A program made the translations under genes and the position numbers. Below, piece after piece: positions 50,896-62,326 of a DNA stretch of 64,000 nt (positions are counted from its first letter, which is position 1; each line of letters begins with the position of its first letter). The stretch is from an uncultured delta proteobacterium (GTDB lineage Bacteria; Desulfobacterota; Syntrophia; Syntrophales; Smithellaceae): positions 160,001 to 224,000 of the forward strand of contig CAVWEH010000005.1 of the NCBI GenBank assembly GCA_963753975.1, given 5' to 3'. Below the pieces are notes generated by a model. That model was not told the origin of the DNA and made no database searches. It saw only the letters and a list, made by a program, of their open reading frames with translations.

Positions 50896-52161
50896 ATGTT
50901 GCCAGAACTTAAACGTCTGATCGAGCAGATGGGCAAGGACAGAGGTATAGAGAAAGAGATCATTACCGAAGCCCTGGAAGCGGCAATGCTTACGGCAGCG
51001 CGCAAAAAATTAGGGCAAAACGTCGATATTGAAGCCCACTATAATGACGAAGCTGGTGAAATTGAAGTTTTTCAATTCAAAACCGTCGTAGATAAAGTGC
51101 TTGATCCGGAAACCCAAATTTCCAAAGAAGAAGCGAGAAAAACTCTGGATGAAGGCGCCGAACCAGGCGATAGTTTAGGGATGAAAATCGAAACAAGTTC
51201 CTTTGGCCGAATCGCCGTACAAATGGCGAAGCAAATAATTATTCAACGAGTTAAAGACGCGGAACGTGATAACATTTATGAAGAATATAAAGACCGCAAA
51301 GGCGAATTGCTCAATGGATTTGTTCAACGATTTGAAGGCGGTAGCATTATCGTCAATCTGGGACGCGCGGAAGGCGTCGTGCCTCCGGCGGAACAAATCC
51401 ATCGCGAAACTTATAAACGAGGCGAAAGAATACGCTCTTATATTGTCGATGTAAAAAAGAATACCAAAGGGTCACAAATAATCCTGTCCCGCACGCATCC
51501 TGCCTTTTTAAGAGCACTTTTTGAAGTGGAAGTCCCGGAAATTTCCGAAGGGCTTATTGATATTGTCAGTGTTGCCCGGGAGCCGGGAAAGCGCGGAAAA
51601 ATTGCGGTCAGCGCAAAGGACAAGGATATTGACCCGGTAGGCGCCTGTGTCGGCATGAGGGGTTCACGGGTGCAAAGCGTGGTGCAGGAATTGCATGGGG
51701 AGAAAATTGATATTATTCCTTACACCAATGATGCGGCAAAATATGTCAGCAGCGCCCTATCTCCGGCTAAAGTTAATCGTGTCTTCGTTGATGACGAAAA
51801 CCGGACGATGACGGTAATCGTTCCCGATGATCAACTATCTTTAGCCATTGGTAAAAACGGCCAGAATGTGAGGCTTGCGGTAAAGCTGACCGGATGGAAG
51901 ATTGATGTAAAAAGCGAAACAATGGCCGCGGAAAAAGTCGAGGAAGGACCAACGGATTTAACAAAACTTACCGGGGTGGGACCGGCTATGGCGGAAAAAC
52001 TCTACAGCTCCGGCATCAAGAGCATTGCCATGATTGCAGCAGCTGAACCCGAGTTACTATCTTCAATTCCCGGCGTAGGTGAAAAAACAGCCCGACAATG
52101 GATTGAGGCAGCGGGTAAAATTTTAGACGAAGAAGCTCTGAGCAATAAAAAAGTTTCATAG
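50896..52161 (+). CDS. nusA: Transcription factor NusA
   Basis: FGRIAVQMAKQ, DPVGACVGMRGSRV, AIGKNGQNV. Confidence 0.97.
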   Translation: MLPELKRLIEQMGKDRGIEKEIITEALEAAMLTAARKKLGQNVDIEAHYNDEAGEIEVFQFKTVVDKVLDPETQISKEEARKTLDEGAEPGDSLGMKIETSSFGRIAVQMAKQIIIQRVKDAERDNIYEEYKDRKGELLNGFVQRFEGGSIIVNLGRAEGVVPPAEQIHRETYKRGERIRSYIVDVKKNTKGSQIILSRTHPAFLRALFEVEVPEISEGLIDIVSVAREPGKRGKIAVSAKDKDIDPVGACVGMRGSRVQSVVQELHGEKIDIIPYTNDAAKYVSSALSPAKVNRVFVDDENRTMTVIVPDDQLSLAIGKNGQNVRLAVKLTGWKIDVKSETMAAEKVEEGPTDLTKLTGVGPAMAEKLYSSGIKSIAMIAAAEPELLSSIPGVGEKTARQWIEAAGKILDEEALSNKKVS

Positions 52162-52198
52162 TTTCAGAACTGATAATTTAATTTAGGGAGTCTTGCGC

Positions 52199-54745
52199 AT
52201 GCCGAAAAAGCGAGTTTATGAATTGGCCAAAGAACTGAACCTGGAAAATAAAGAACTAATCGCGCATTTGGAAAAAATTGGTATTACGGTTAAGTCCCAT
52301 TCCAGTTCTTTGGAAGATGACGAGGTAGAAAAAATAAAAGACGTATTGCTCGCCGGTGAATCTCGTCAAATTGTAGAGGAACGAATAAAATCAACAGTGA
52401 TTCGGCGCCGTGCCGTTCGCGCTCCCAAAGATACACCAGCGCCGGAAGAAACCGACCACCCGGAAGCAGAGTTGGCGGAAAAGTCGGAAGATGAATCTTT
52501 AATCACGCCGTCAGAAAAAACCGGTAAAGATAGAAAGGAAGAGGTACCTAAACCTCAAAGCGAAGCAGAAGCAGCAACGCCGGCAATAAAAGGTAGTCAG
52601 GACGCGCAAACAATTGAGAGGGAGAAATTCAAGAAGCCCTCGGTAGTTCCTTCCGGGCCGTCTATTATTTCTAAGCACAAAATCACCCATCCGGAAACAA
52701 AAAAAGGAGGTCCGCCGAAAGCGTCGCTAAAGCCAGGAGAGAAAATAATTATTGCTCCGCCAGAAAAACAACTTCAGAAGGAATTTGAAAAACCAAAAAG
52801 AAAAGGCAAAGGCCCTGTAGAAGTATTTATCGAAGAGGAAAAAGAAGTTCCGCGCCGCAAGGTTTTAGAGAAAAAAATAGAAAAGAAGTTAAGAAAACAG
52901 GATGAAGAGAGAGAAGTAATTTTTACCAAGTGGCGGGACGAAAAAAAAGTTGCCCCCGCCAAGATGAAAAAAACAGAGATTACGGTGCCTAAGGCCATTA
53001 AAAGGCGCGTCAGGATTGGAGAGACAATCTCTGTCGGTGATTTAGCCAAGAGAATGGGAGTTAAAGCCGGCGATGTAATTAACAAATTAATGTCCATGGG
53101 TGTTATGGCCAGCATTAATCAATCCATCGATTATGATATTGCCGCAATAGTTGCCAACGAGTTCAGTTTCCAGGTGGAAAAAGCGGAGTTGGAATTTGAC
53201 GAATCTATTTTAAAAACTGCTGCCTCTCCGGAAAAGCTCAAGCCACGGGCACCTGTTGTTACTATTATGGGACATGTAGACCACGGTAAAACCTCTCTTC
53301 TAGACGCCATCAGGCAGTCCAATGTAATTGCCGGAGAAGCCGGGGGAATTACTCAGGCCATCGGTGCCTATCATGTCCACATAAATGGACGGGATATAGT
53401 TTTTCTGGACACTCCCGGACATGAAGCGTTTACGGCCATGCGGGCGCGCGGGGCGCAGGTAACTGATATAGTGGTTCTTGTTGTCGCCGCTGACGACGGC
53501 GTAATGGAACAAACCATCGAGGCGATAAATCACTCCAAGGCTGCCGGAGTACCGATCATCGTCGCCATCAATAAAATAGATAAACCGGGTGCTGATCCCG
53601 AAAAAATTAAACAGTCGCTCACCGAGCACGGTCTTTTATCCGAGCAATGGGGCGGCGAAACCATTTTTTGCGAAGTTTCCGCGAAAAAGAAAACGGGTAT
53701 CGAGGAACTTCTGGAAATGATTCTGCTACAGGCTGATGTTCTGGAGTTAAAAGCTGATCCCGACCGCCCGGCCCGCGGTATTATTATCGAGGCTAAACTG
53801 GACCGCGGTCGCGGCCCGGTAGCAACGGTTTTAATTCAGGAAGGCACCCTTAAAGAAGGAGATGCGTTTGTTTCCAAGAGCGAGTTTGGCCGCGTTCGGG
53901 CAATGATTAATGATCAGGGAAGGCGCGTCAATGAAGCTGAACCGTCCATGCCGGTGGAAGTTATCGGTTTTTCCAATGTCCCGCAAATAGGAGCGGAATT
54001 TTTTTGCGTCGAAGATGACAAGAAAGCGCGCAGTATCGCTGAATATTGGATACGGAAAACAAGAGAAAAAGAGCTTTCCGCTTCTTCCAAAATTACTCTA
54101 GAACAGCTTTATCAAAAAATAAAGGAAGGTGTAAAAGACCTTAATGTCATTATCAAGGCAGACGTGCGAGGATCGATCGAAGCAATTTCCGACGCTTTGA
54201 ATAAACTTTCGACGAACGACATAAAACTTAAAATTATCCATAGCTCGACTGGCGCCATTAGTGAAACGGATGTCCTGCTCGCTTCCGCCGCCAATGCTAT
54301 CATCATAGGATTTAATGTCCGCCCCGACGCTCGCGTGGTTGAAATCGCCGAGCAAGAAGGCGTGGAAATCAAGCTTTATGACATTATTTACAATGTCATT
54401 GCCGATGTGCGGGCGGCCATGGAAGGACTTTTGGAGCCGGAATATAAAGAAGTGGTTCAAGGCCGGGCGGAAGTACGCGAACTATTCAAAGTGCCTAAAA
54501 TTGGTACTATTGCCGGATGCTATGTGACCGACGGAAAAATTGTGCGCAATGCCAATCTGAAACTTGTCCGTGACAGCGTAGTCGTTTTCGACGGAAAAAT
54601 CCTCTCCTTGAAGCGCTTTAAAGACGATGCCCGGGAAGTGCTTGCCGGTTTTGAATGCGGCATCAGCATCGACGGATTTAACGATATTCATGTTGGTGAC
54701 GTAATTGAGTCTTATATAAATGAACGGTTAGAAAGAAAACTCTAA
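52199..54745 (+). CDS. infB: Translation initiation factor IF-2
   Basis: [21 protein letters not shown]. Confidence 0.98.
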   Translation: MPKKRVYELAKELNLENKELIAHLEKIGITVKSHSSSLEDDEVEKIKDVLLAGESRQIVEERIKSTVIRRRAVRAPKDTPAPEETDHPEAELAEKSEDESLITPSEKTGKDRKEEVPKPQSEAEAATPAIKGSQDAQTIEREKFKKPSVVPSGPSIISKHKITHPETKKGGPPKASLKPGEKIIIAPPEKQLQKEFEKPKRKGKGPVEVFIEEEKEVPRRKVLEKKIEKKLRKQDEEREVIFTKWRDEKKVAPAKMKKTEITVPKAIKRRVRIGETISVGDLAKRMGVKAGDVINKLMSMGVMASINQSIDYDIAAIVANEFSFQVEKAELEFDESILKTAASPEKLKPRAPVVTIMGHVDHGKTSLLDAIRQSNVIAGEAGGITQAIGAYHVHINGRDIVFLDTPGHEAFTAMRARGAQVTDIVVLVVAADDGVMEQTIEAINHSKAAGVPIIVAINKIDKPGADPEKIKQSLTEHGLLSEQWGGETIFCEVSAKKKTGIEELLEMILLQADVLELKADPDRPARGIIIEAKLDRGRGPVATVLIQEGTLKEGDAFVSKSEFGRVRAMINDQGRRVNEAEPSMPVEVIGFSNVPQIGAEFFCVEDDKKARSIAEYWIRKTREKELSASSKITLEQLYQKIKEGVKDLNVIIKADVRGSIEAISDALNKLSTNDIKLKIIHSSTGAISETDVLLASAANAIIIGFNVRPDARVVEIAEQEGVEIKLYDIIYNVIADVRAAMEGLLEPEYKEVVQGRAEVRELFKVPKIGTIAGCYVTDGKIVRNANLKLVRDSVVVFDGKILSLKRFKDDAREVLAGFECGISIDGFNDIHVGDVIESYINERLERKL

Positions 54746-54789
54746 TAATCGGAATTTCTTTTTAATCTGAATGGTCACGGAAAAGCTTT

Positions 54790-55128
54790 ATGGTTATTGG
54801 CTACGGAACCATAAATTTACGAATTCCCCAAAGCGGTTCTTTGAAAGAAAAGAGGAGCGTTTTAAATAAAATTTTGAAGCGAACTCAAAATGAGTTTAAT
54901 GTATCCATCGCGGAGGTAGGTTATCTGGATAGCTACAAATTTGCCCAAATTGGATTTGCCGTTGTGGGAAATGATTCTCACTATATCAATGGAAAAGTTG
55001 ATCATCTACTCAGGTTCGTCGATAATTTACGCGCTGCCGAAACATTAGGGAGCAAAATAGAGATCATGGTTGTTTCCAGTTTTCTGGAAGCCGGCCATTG
55101 GGAAAAAGGAAAGTACGATGAGCTTTAA
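54790..55128 (+). CDS. DUF503/YlxP family protein
   Basis: SLKEKRSV, FNVSIAEV; between infB and rbfA. Confidence 0.88.
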   Translation: MVIGYGTINLRIPQSGSLKEKRSVLNKILKRTQNEFNVSIAEVGYLDSYKFAQIGFAVVGNDSHYINGKVDHLLRFVDNLRAAETLGSKIEIMVVSSFLEAGHWEKGKYDEL

Positions 55129-55477
55129 AAGAGCGGATAGAGTGGCCGAATTAATACTGGCCGAAATCTCGGACATTATTTTCAAGGAAGTGAAGGACCC
55201 GCGAGTACAGGCATTAACTATCACCTCCGTGAAAGTAAGCGATGATTTGCGTAATGCCAAGATTTTTTTTGTTGAAATGGGCAAAGATGAATGCTCTTCC
55301 GAAATCAGAACCGGCTTAACCAGGGCAACCAATTTTGTGCGGCGGGAATTAGGTAAAAGACTGAAATTGCGTTTTGTGCCGGAAATTACCTTTATCCATG
55401 ACCGATCTTTTAGTTACGGCAGCCGTATTGATAAAATACTGGCGGATATCGCGCGGCAGGATGCAAAAAATGATTAA
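55118..55477 (+). CDS. rbfA: Ribosome-binding factor A
   Basis: VKDPRV, DLRNAKIF, LRFVPEITF. Confidence 0.95.
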   Translation: MSFKRADRVAELILAEISDIIFKEVKDPRVQALTITSVKVSDDLRNAKIFFVEMGKDECSSEIRTGLTRATNFVRRELGKRLKLRFVPEITFIHDRSFSYGSRIDKILADIARQDAKND

Positions 55478-56420
55478 CAAAATTATCGAGGCTATAAATG
55501 AAGGGCAGAGCTTTTTAATTACATCCCACGTTAGATTGGATGGAGATGCTCTAGGTTCCGAACTGGCGCTTTTTCTTATATTAAGTGATTTAGGGAAAAA
55601 AGCAGTTATTTATAATCAGGATGATACGCCAAAGAACTATTATTTTTTGCCGGCAGCACAAAAAATAGTTCATCAGTTCGACAATGCCCAACAGTATGAT
55701 GCCGCTTTCGTGCTTGATTGCAGTGAGTTAGAACGCGTGGGAGATAAAGCAGCTGAAATCGGCAAGATAGGTAAAATAATTAACATTGATCATCATGTAT
55801 CCAACGGAGTTTTTTCTGCATTAAGAATATTGGATACTCAGGCAAGTTCCACCGGAGAATTACTTTATAGTTTGTTCAAGCAAATGAGCTACAATATGAC
55901 TCCAGATGTTTGCACTAATTTGTACGCAGCAATACTGACGGACACCGGAGGTTTCCGTTACTCCAGCACGCGCAAAGAAACTCTTTGGGCGGCGGGGAAT
56001 TTAGTGGAAAACGGCGCAGATCCGCAGTGGATCTCGGAAAACATTTACGAAAGCGATTCACCGGCAAAACTAAAATTGCTGGCCAAAGTACTGGAAACAT
56101 TATCCTTGGATTTAAAAAACAAGGTGGGTTCCCTGGTGGTCACACAAAACGCGCTAAGGGATACTGGCGCTTCTTTGGAGCATACTGAGGGATTGGTCGA
56201 TATACCCCGCACAGTTAAAGAAATCTCTATATCGATTCTTTACACTCAACTGGCAGACGACTATTTCAAACTAAGTTTACGCTCTAAAGGCAGTGTGAAT
56301 GTGGAAAAAATAGCAAAAAAGTTTGGCGGCGGCGGCCATGTTAATGCGGCAGGCTGCACGATTAAGGGAAAGATTGACACAATTAAACTCCAGATTCTCC
56401 AGGCAATTAAAGAAATATAG
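55470..56420 (+). CDS. nrnA: DHH/DHHA1 oligoribonuclease / pAp phosphatase
   Basis: DGDALGS, NIDHH, TDTGGF, GGGHVNAAG. Confidence 0.92.
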   Translation: MINKIIEAINEGQSFLITSHVRLDGDALGSELALFLILSDLGKKAVIYNQDDTPKNYYFLPAAQKIVHQFDNAQQYDAAFVLDCSELERVGDKAAEIGKIGKIINIDHHVSNGVFSALRILDTQASSTGELLYSLFKQMSYNMTPDVCTNLYAAILTDTGGFRYSSTRKETLWAAGNLVENGADPQWISENIYESDSPAKLKLLAKVLETLSLDLKNKVGSLVVTQNALRDTGASLEHTEGLVDIPRTVKEISISILYTQLADDYFKLSLRSKGSVNVEKIAKKFGGGGHVNAAGCTIKGKIDTIKLQILQAIKEI

Positions 56421-56426
56421 TACTTT

Positions 56427-57368
56427 ATGAATGGCATAGTTATTATTGATAAACCGGCCGGAAAAACTTCACATGACATAGTGAGTGAAGTAAAAAAAAT
56501 ATTAGGCGCGAAAAAGGCCGGCCACACCGGTACACTCGATCCGATGGCTACCGGAGTGCTTCCGGTCTGCCTGAATGAGGCGACAAAACTGGCACAATTT
56601 TTATCCGGCGAAAGCAAAGAATACACAGCGACAATGTTGCTGGGCGTTAAAACGGATACATTGGACGGAGAAGGTAAAATTACCGCTAAATCAGACAAAG
56701 CAATCAGCAATGAGGAAATAAAAGCGGCACTCGCTAAAATGGTGGGGAAAATCAGCCAAGTACCTCCCGCCTTTTCGGCGGTCAAATATGGCGGAGAGCC
56801 TTTATACAAATATGCACGAAAAGGCGTGTTCCTGAAAGCACCGGCGCGGGAGGTGGAAATTTCCAATATTACGATCCAGGAGATTTCATTTCCCCGCGTG
56901 ACTTTTATGATTGCTTGTTCTAAAGGAACATATATACGGCAACTATGTTCCGATGTTGGAGAGATGCTCGGTTGCGGCGCTTGCTTAATCGGCCTGCGCC
57001 GATTGCGCAGTGGATTTTTTTCCGAAGATATGGCCGTATCTCTGGATAATTATGCCCACGCAGAGAAAAAAATCGAACTAGAAAAAAAAATGCTGCCTAT
57101 GGAAAAATCGCTGCCTTTGCTTACCGCAATTGAAGTGGCGGAAGACCTGGTAAATAAGCTGCGCGCCGGATTTCAACCCTCCGTAGAAATGATGAGAGCC
57201 CATGTTCCCCCTTTTCTTGAAGCTGGAGATATGCTAAAGTTTATGGATTCCGGCGGAAATCTGGTGGCCCTGGCGGAAATGGTGATACCGGTCAATAAGT
57301 TCGCCGAAGTAGACGGAAAGTTTCAGGCGGCTCGGATTATCCGGGTATTTAACAATATCGACAATTAA
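56427..57368 (+). CDS. truB: tRNA pseudouridine(55) synthase
   Basis: GHTGTLDPMATGVL, CSKGTYIR. Confidence 0.97.
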   Translation: MNGIVIIDKPAGKTSHDIVSEVKKILGAKKAGHTGTLDPMATGVLPVCLNEATKLAQFLSGESKEYTATMLLGVKTDTLDGEGKITAKSDKAISNEEIKAALAKMVGKISQVPPAFSAVKYGGEPLYKYARKGVFLKAPAREVEISNITIQEISFPRVTFMIACSKGTYIRQLCSDVGEMLGCGACLIGLRRLRSGFFSEDMAVSLDNYAHAEKKIELEKKMLPMEKSLPLLTAIEVAEDLVNKLRAGFQPSVEMMRAHVPPFLEAGDMLKFMDSGGNLVALAEMVIPVNKFAEVDGKFQAARIIRVFNNIDN

Positions 57369-57417
57369 AAATAAATTTAGCAAAAAAGGGATTTAATTAC
57401 TGAGGGAGGAAAAAGGA

Positions 57418-57684
57418 GTGTTAACTTTGGAGAAAAGGAAAACATTAATCGCAGATTATCGGCTTCACGAAAAGGATACAGGCTCTCCTGAAGTCCAGAT
57501 CGCACTTTTAAGCGCCAGAATAGAGTACCTGACGGAGCACTTTAAAGCGCACAAAAAGGACCATCATTCGCGCCGCGGTCTATTGAAATTAGTCGGTCAA
57601 AGAAGAAGGCTTCTTAATTACATCAAAGATAATGACGTCGAGCGATACAGGAATATAGTTAAACGCCTGGGACTCAGGAAATAA
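57418..57684 (+). CDS. rpsO: 30S ribosomal protein S15
   Basis: [21 protein letters not shown]. Confidence 0.98.
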   Translation: MLTLEKRKTLIADYRLHEKDTGSPEVQIALLSARIEYLTEHFKAHKKDHHSRRGLLKLVGQRRRLLNYIKDNDVERYRNIVKRLGLRK

Positions 57685-57816
57685 AAGCGCAAGAGCGAAT
57701 GGTGACAGCCTGTTCGATTTCCCGTGTGAATTCGTAGACAAGCGTGAATCGGTTATTGCTATCGTTCTTGAGCTTCCTGTTTTAGGTTTTTTAGGAATAA
57801 AGTGGAGGAAAAATGA

Positions 57817-59937
57817 ATGAGTAATGTATTTAGTGCTGATTTTGCCGGCCGTAATGTTTCTCTGAAAACTAATTACGTTGCCGGTCAGGCTGATGGTTCA
57901 ATATTGGCTTATTACGGCGATACAGTTGTTTTGGTAACGGCGGTTTCTTTAAAGACGGCAAGAGAAGGAGTCGATTTTCTGCCCTTGACTGTGGACTATC
58001 AGGAAATGACTTTTGCCGCCGGAAAAATTCCGGGGGGGTTTTTTAAAAGAGAAGGACGTCCCAATGAAAAAGAAATTTTAACATCTCGCATAATTGACAG
58101 ATCAATTCGTCCTTTATTTCCCAAAGGATATTTTTTTGAAACGCAATTAGTAGCGACTGTGCTTTCCGTGGACAAAGAAAACGACTCTGATGTTACGGCC
58201 ATGATCGGGGCTTCAGCCGCTTTGGAAATATCGAATATACCCTTTAAAGGACCGATAGCTGGTGTGCGCGTGGGAAGAATAAACGGAGAGTTCACCTGCA
58301 ATGCTTCACTGGAAAAAATGCAGGAAAGTGAATTGAATATTTTTCTGGTCGGCAGAAAAGTATCACCCGGAAAATCGGACAAGTCTTACGATGTGGAACT
58401 GGTCATGATGGAGGGTGATGCTAAAGAGGTTGAAGAAAATGTAATAATCGATGCTATAAAATTCGGTTTGGAAGCAATTCGCCCGGCAATCGATCTGCAA
58501 GATAAAATGCGTCAAGCAGTTGGCAAAGAAAAAAGGCCTATCGAAGCGGTGAAATCAGATGAAAAATTAATCTCCAGTGTAAGCGCCGAGGCCATGGAAG
58601 GCCTCAAGGAAGCCTACAATATGCCCCGGAAACTGGAGCGTTACGGCAAACTTGATGAAGTAAGAGAAAGGGCAAAGAAAAACATAGGCGGCGATGATGA
58701 AATTTTGTGCGCTAAAGTTTCCGCAATCATTGAAGAATTAGAAAGACGCATATTGCGTGAAATGATCATAAAAGGGAAAAAGAGAATCGACGGTAGGTCT
58801 TCTACCGCCATTCGCCCAATCAGCGCTGAAGTCGGGGTTCTGCCCCGCGCCCACGGCTCGGCGTTATTCAACCGCGGCGAGACGCAAGCATTGGTAGCAC
58901 TCACTTTAGGAACATCTTCCGACGAACAGCGCATGGATTATGTAAGTGGCGAAGAGTTGAGATCCTTTATACTACATTATAATTTTCCACCCTATTCTGT
59001 CGGCGAAGCCAAACCCCTACGCAGCCCCGGTAGAAGAGAAATCGGCCACGGGGCGCTGGCACGAAAATCTCTTGTGCCTGTTTTACCCACACCGGAAGAA
59101 TTTCCCTACACTATCAGGATCGTTTCTGAAATTCTTTCTTCCAACGGCTCGTCTTCAATGGCGACAGTTTGCGGTGGCATTCTCTCCTTAATGGATGCTG
59201 GTGTACCGGTAAAAAATATTGTTGCCGGCATTGCCATGGGCCTTTTGAAAGAAGGAGATAAAGTTGTTGTTTTATCGGATATTCTTGGCGACGAAGACCA
59301 TGCCGGCGATATGGATTTTAAAATCTGCGGAACCGAAAAAGGCGTGACCGCCATGCAAATGGATATCAAAATCGACGGTTTGACCGAAAATATTTTACGA
59401 GAAGCTCTGGAACAGGCAAAAGAAGGAAGAATCTTTATAATCAATAAATTGCGTGAGACGATAGCGGCCCCGCGTCCGGATATTTCCCTTTATGCGCCGC
59501 GTATTACCACTGTCAAAGTTAAGGAAGACCAAGTACGTACGGTTATTGGGTCGGGAGGCAAGAATATCCGGCAGATTATAAGTGAAACAGGAGTTACTAT
59601 TGATGTTGAAGATGACGGTACGGTAACTATTGCCTCCAGCGATGCCGAAGCGGCAGCGCGTGCTGTGGCCATGGTCAAATGGCTAACGGAGGAAGCTGAA
59701 GTCGGAAAAATCTATAACGGTACAGTAAAGAAAATAGTCGATTTTGGCGCTTTTGTCGAAATTTTGCCGGGAACTGAAGGCCTGCTCCATATATCTCAAA
59801 TTGCCAAAGAAAGAATAAATAAAGTTACCGATGTTTTGAAAGAAGGCGATGAAGTAATGGTGAAAGTCCTGGAAATAGACAAACAGGGCAAAATACGCCT
59901 TAGCCGGAAAGATGCATTGGGGGCGCAAGTAAAATAA
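57817..59937 (+). CDS. pnp: Polynucleotide phosphorylase
   Basis: KIPGGFFKREGRP, RREIGHG, GDMDFK, KH and S1 domains. Confidence 0.98.
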   Translation: MSNVFSADFAGRNVSLKTNYVAGQADGSILAYYGDTVVLVTAVSLKTAREGVDFLPLTVDYQEMTFAAGKIPGGFFKREGRPNEKEILTSRIIDRSIRPLFPKGYFFETQLVATVLSVDKENDSDVTAMIGASAALEISNIPFKGPIAGVRVGRINGEFTCNASLEKMQESELNIFLVGRKVSPGKSDKSYDVELVMMEGDAKEVEENVIIDAIKFGLEAIRPAIDLQDKMRQAVGKEKRPIEAVKSDEKLISSVSAEAMEGLKEAYNMPRKLERYGKLDEVRERAKKNIGGDDEILCAKVSAIIEELERRILREMIIKGKKRIDGRSSTAIRPISAEVGVLPRAHGSALFNRGETQALVALTLGTSSDEQRMDYVSGEELRSFILHYNFPPYSVGEAKPLRSPGRREIGHGALARKSLVPVLPTPEEFPYTIRIVSEILSSNGSSSMATVCGGILSLMDAGVPVKNIVAGIAMGLLKEGDKVVVLSDILGDEDHAGDMDFKICGTEKGVTAMQMDIKIDGLTENILREALEQAKEGRIFIINKLRETIAAPRPDISLYAPRITTVKVKEDQVRTVIGSGGKNIRQIISETGVTIDVEDDGTVTIASSDAEAAARAVAMVKWLTEEAEVGKIYNGTVKKIVDFGAFVEILPGTEGLLHISQIAKERINKVTDVLKEGDEVMVKVLEIDKQGKIRLSRKDALGAQVK

Positions 59938-60092
59938 GTTAACTCCTTGATCAAAGCGACCTCTCCAGAATAGCTGTTTTGTATAATCATAATTAATTTG
60001 CTATAAAACGGCTCTTACCGTAAAAACAAACGTCTATATGCGGTTAACTTTATTTTCCAGTAAGCTGATAAATATTTTTAATTGGAAACACA

Positions 60093-60536
60093 ATGGAAAA
60101 AATTGAGGTATGTATACAAAGAACTACCGGTAATGACGATATCCCTTTGCCTCGATACATGACTAACCAGGCTGCCGGAATGGATATATTTGCAGCTGTG
60201 ATCGAAGAAGAGATTATTCTGCCCGGGCAGCGGAAAAAAATACCGACGGGCATTAAGATAGCCTTGCCCGAAGGTTATGAAGCGCAAATAAGACCGCGTA
60301 GCGGACTGGCTATAAATCAAGGAATAACATTACTCAATTCACCGGGCACAATTGATCCCGATTATCGCGGAGAAATTGCCTTGATTGTCATCAATCTTGG
60401 AGAAGAACCTTTTATCGTTAAAAGGGGTACGCGTTTAGCGCAAATGATCATACAAAAAATTTGCCGTCTAGATTGGGTCGAAACCGCCGAACTAACCAAT
60501 ACGTCCAGAGGAAGCGGCGGATTTGGTCATACCTGA
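60093..60536 (+). CDS. dut: dUTPase
   Basis: [26 protein letters not shown]. Confidence 0.96.
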   Translation: MEKIEVCIQRTTGNDDIPLPRYMTNQAAGMDIFAAVIEEEIILPGQRKKIPTGIKIALPEGYEAQIRPRSGLAINQGITLLNSPGTIDPDYRGEIALIVINLGEEPFIVKRGTRLAQMIIQKICRLDWVETAELTNTSRGSGGFGHT

Positions 60537-60642
60537 AATTAAGCTTAGCCGTACGCATAAAACTGCCTTTGATTTTGCAATTGGCTTTAAATAATGATAA
60601 GAAAATGATGTGACGATATCCGGGATAAGAAAAAGTTCGAGC

Positions 60643-61818
60643 ATGAAAAAATTCAAAGTCAAAAAAACATTTCAGGAAATTAATGAAAAAATCAAAGATG
60701 GGCATGCTGTCGTCGTAACAGCAGAAGAAATGATTGATATCGTGGAAAGACACGGCGAAGTTGAAGCAGCTCGTAAAATTGATGTTGTCACTACCGGAAC
60801 TTTCAGTCCGATGTGTTCTTCGGGAGCTTTTCTTAATTTCGGTCATACTTCTCCCCGTATTCGAGCATCCAAGGTTTGGTTAAACGACGTGCCCGCTTAC
60901 GGCGGAATTGCCGCCGTGGATTGTTACATCGGTGCAACCGAAGTTGTGGAAGGTGATCCTCTCAACAGTGTTTATCCCGGTGAATTCAATTACGGCGGCG
61001 GCCACGTAATCGAAGATTTTGTAACCGGAAATGTTGTGAAGCTCCGCGCCGAAGGTTATGGAACTGATTGTTATCCGGCAAGGAAATACGAAAGAAATAT
61101 CACGATAAATGATTTGCAGGATGCAATTTTGTTTAATCCGCGCAATGCTTATCAGAATTACAACTGCGCCGTTAATTTATCCGACACAACCATTTATACG
61201 TACATGGGTATGCTTCGTCCTCGAATGGCCAATGCCGCTTATGCTACATCCGGGCAATTGAGTCCTTTATTCAATGATCCTTATTATCGGACAATCGGCG
61301 TTGGTACACGGATTTTCTTAGGCGGAGCGCAGGGATTTGTCGCTTGGCCCGGGACCCAGCATAATCCAAACGTACCCAGGACGGACAAAGGCGTTCCCAA
61401 ACAGGGAGCAGGTACAATCGCCGTTGTCGGCAACCTGAAAGAAATGATTCCGGAGTGGCTGGCCGGAGCCAGTATATTAGGTTATGGAGTTTCCTTATTT
61501 GTGGGTATAGGAATTCCTATACCCATTTTGGATGAAGAAATGGCGCGTTTTACGGCAGTCAAGGATGAAGATATTTATACGCAAATTTATGATTACAGTA
61601 TGGATTACCCTAAAGGTGTGGCCAAACCTTTAACGGAAGTCAGTTACAAAGATTTGCGCAGCGGAACCATAGTCATTAACGATAAAAAAGTTATTACTGC
61701 ACCTTTATCCAGTTATTACAAGGCAGTGAAAATAGCTAATATATTGAAAGAATGGATCGAAGGCGGCAAATTCATATTGGGTGAACCTCAACAAATTTTG
61801 CCTTCTGTAAAAATTTAA
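60643..61818 (+). CDS. DUF39 homocysteine biosynthesis protein (aspartate-semialdehyde sulfurtransferase-like)
   Basis: DVVTTGTFSPMCSSGA, YGGGHVIED, NPRNAYQNY, GIGIPIPILDE. Confidence 0.85.
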   Translation: MKKFKVKKTFQEINEKIKDGHAVVVTAEEMIDIVERHGEVEAARKIDVVTTGTFSPMCSSGAFLNFGHTSPRIRASKVWLNDVPAYGGIAAVDCYIGATEVVEGDPLNSVYPGEFNYGGGHVIEDFVTGNVVKLRAEGYGTDCYPARKYERNITINDLQDAILFNPRNAYQNYNCAVNLSDTTIYTYMGMLRPRMANAAYATSGQLSPLFNDPYYRTIGVGTRIFLGGAQGFVAWPGTQHNPNVPRTDKGVPKQGAGTIAVVGNLKEMIPEWLAGASILGYGVSLFVGIGIPIPILDEEMARFTAVKDEDIYTQIYDYSMDYPKGVAKPLTEVSYKDLRSGTIVINDKKVITAPLSSYYKAVKIANILKEWIEGGKFILGEPQQILPSVKI

Positions 61819-62067
61819 TTTATCGAGATTTTGACCTTGTTTGACTCATAAAAATTTCCAAAATTACCCCTAATTGCACTTTCTTTTGCTCTAGAAGCAG
61901 ATGATACTAGAAAGAGATGCTAATTTATTTCTAATTATTGATAATTATTTATTTTATTGATTAAAATTAATTAATATTAATTGATTTTAATCAATATTAA
62001 ATATTTTTCTTGACTTTTCTTTAAAGTTAGTGTTTTTTAGCAATCAGATGAGGTGACGCTTTAATCT

Positions 62068-62265
62068 ATGATAGATAATATTAAGAAAAATCGAGTAAAA
62101 AAGTTGCGAGAGACAGTTCCATTAAGCATAGCTGAATTGGCAAGGAAGGCCGAATTGGCTCCTCAGACGATTGCCAAAATGGAAAAAGGATTGTCGACAA
62201 GGAAGAATTCGGAATTAAAAGTGGCCAAAGCGTTGCAGAAACCTTACGAAGAAGTGTTTCCTTGA
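62068..62265 (+). CDS. XRE-family HTH protein
   Basis: NRVKKLRE..LSIAELARKA..QTIAKMEKG; GAGG RBS. Confidence 0.85.
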   Translation: MIDNIKKNRVKKLRETVPLSIAELARKAELAPQTIAKMEKGLSTRKNSELKVAKALQKPYEEVFP

Positions 62266-62326
62266 AAGGGCAATGGATACATAAGATTAATTTCTGCCGT
62301 TTTGAATGCTGGAGGCTTATTTCTTA

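Noticed and set aside
60537..60642. SAM riboswitch upstream of the homocysteine gene
   Set aside because: No SAM-I consensus elements or terminator seen
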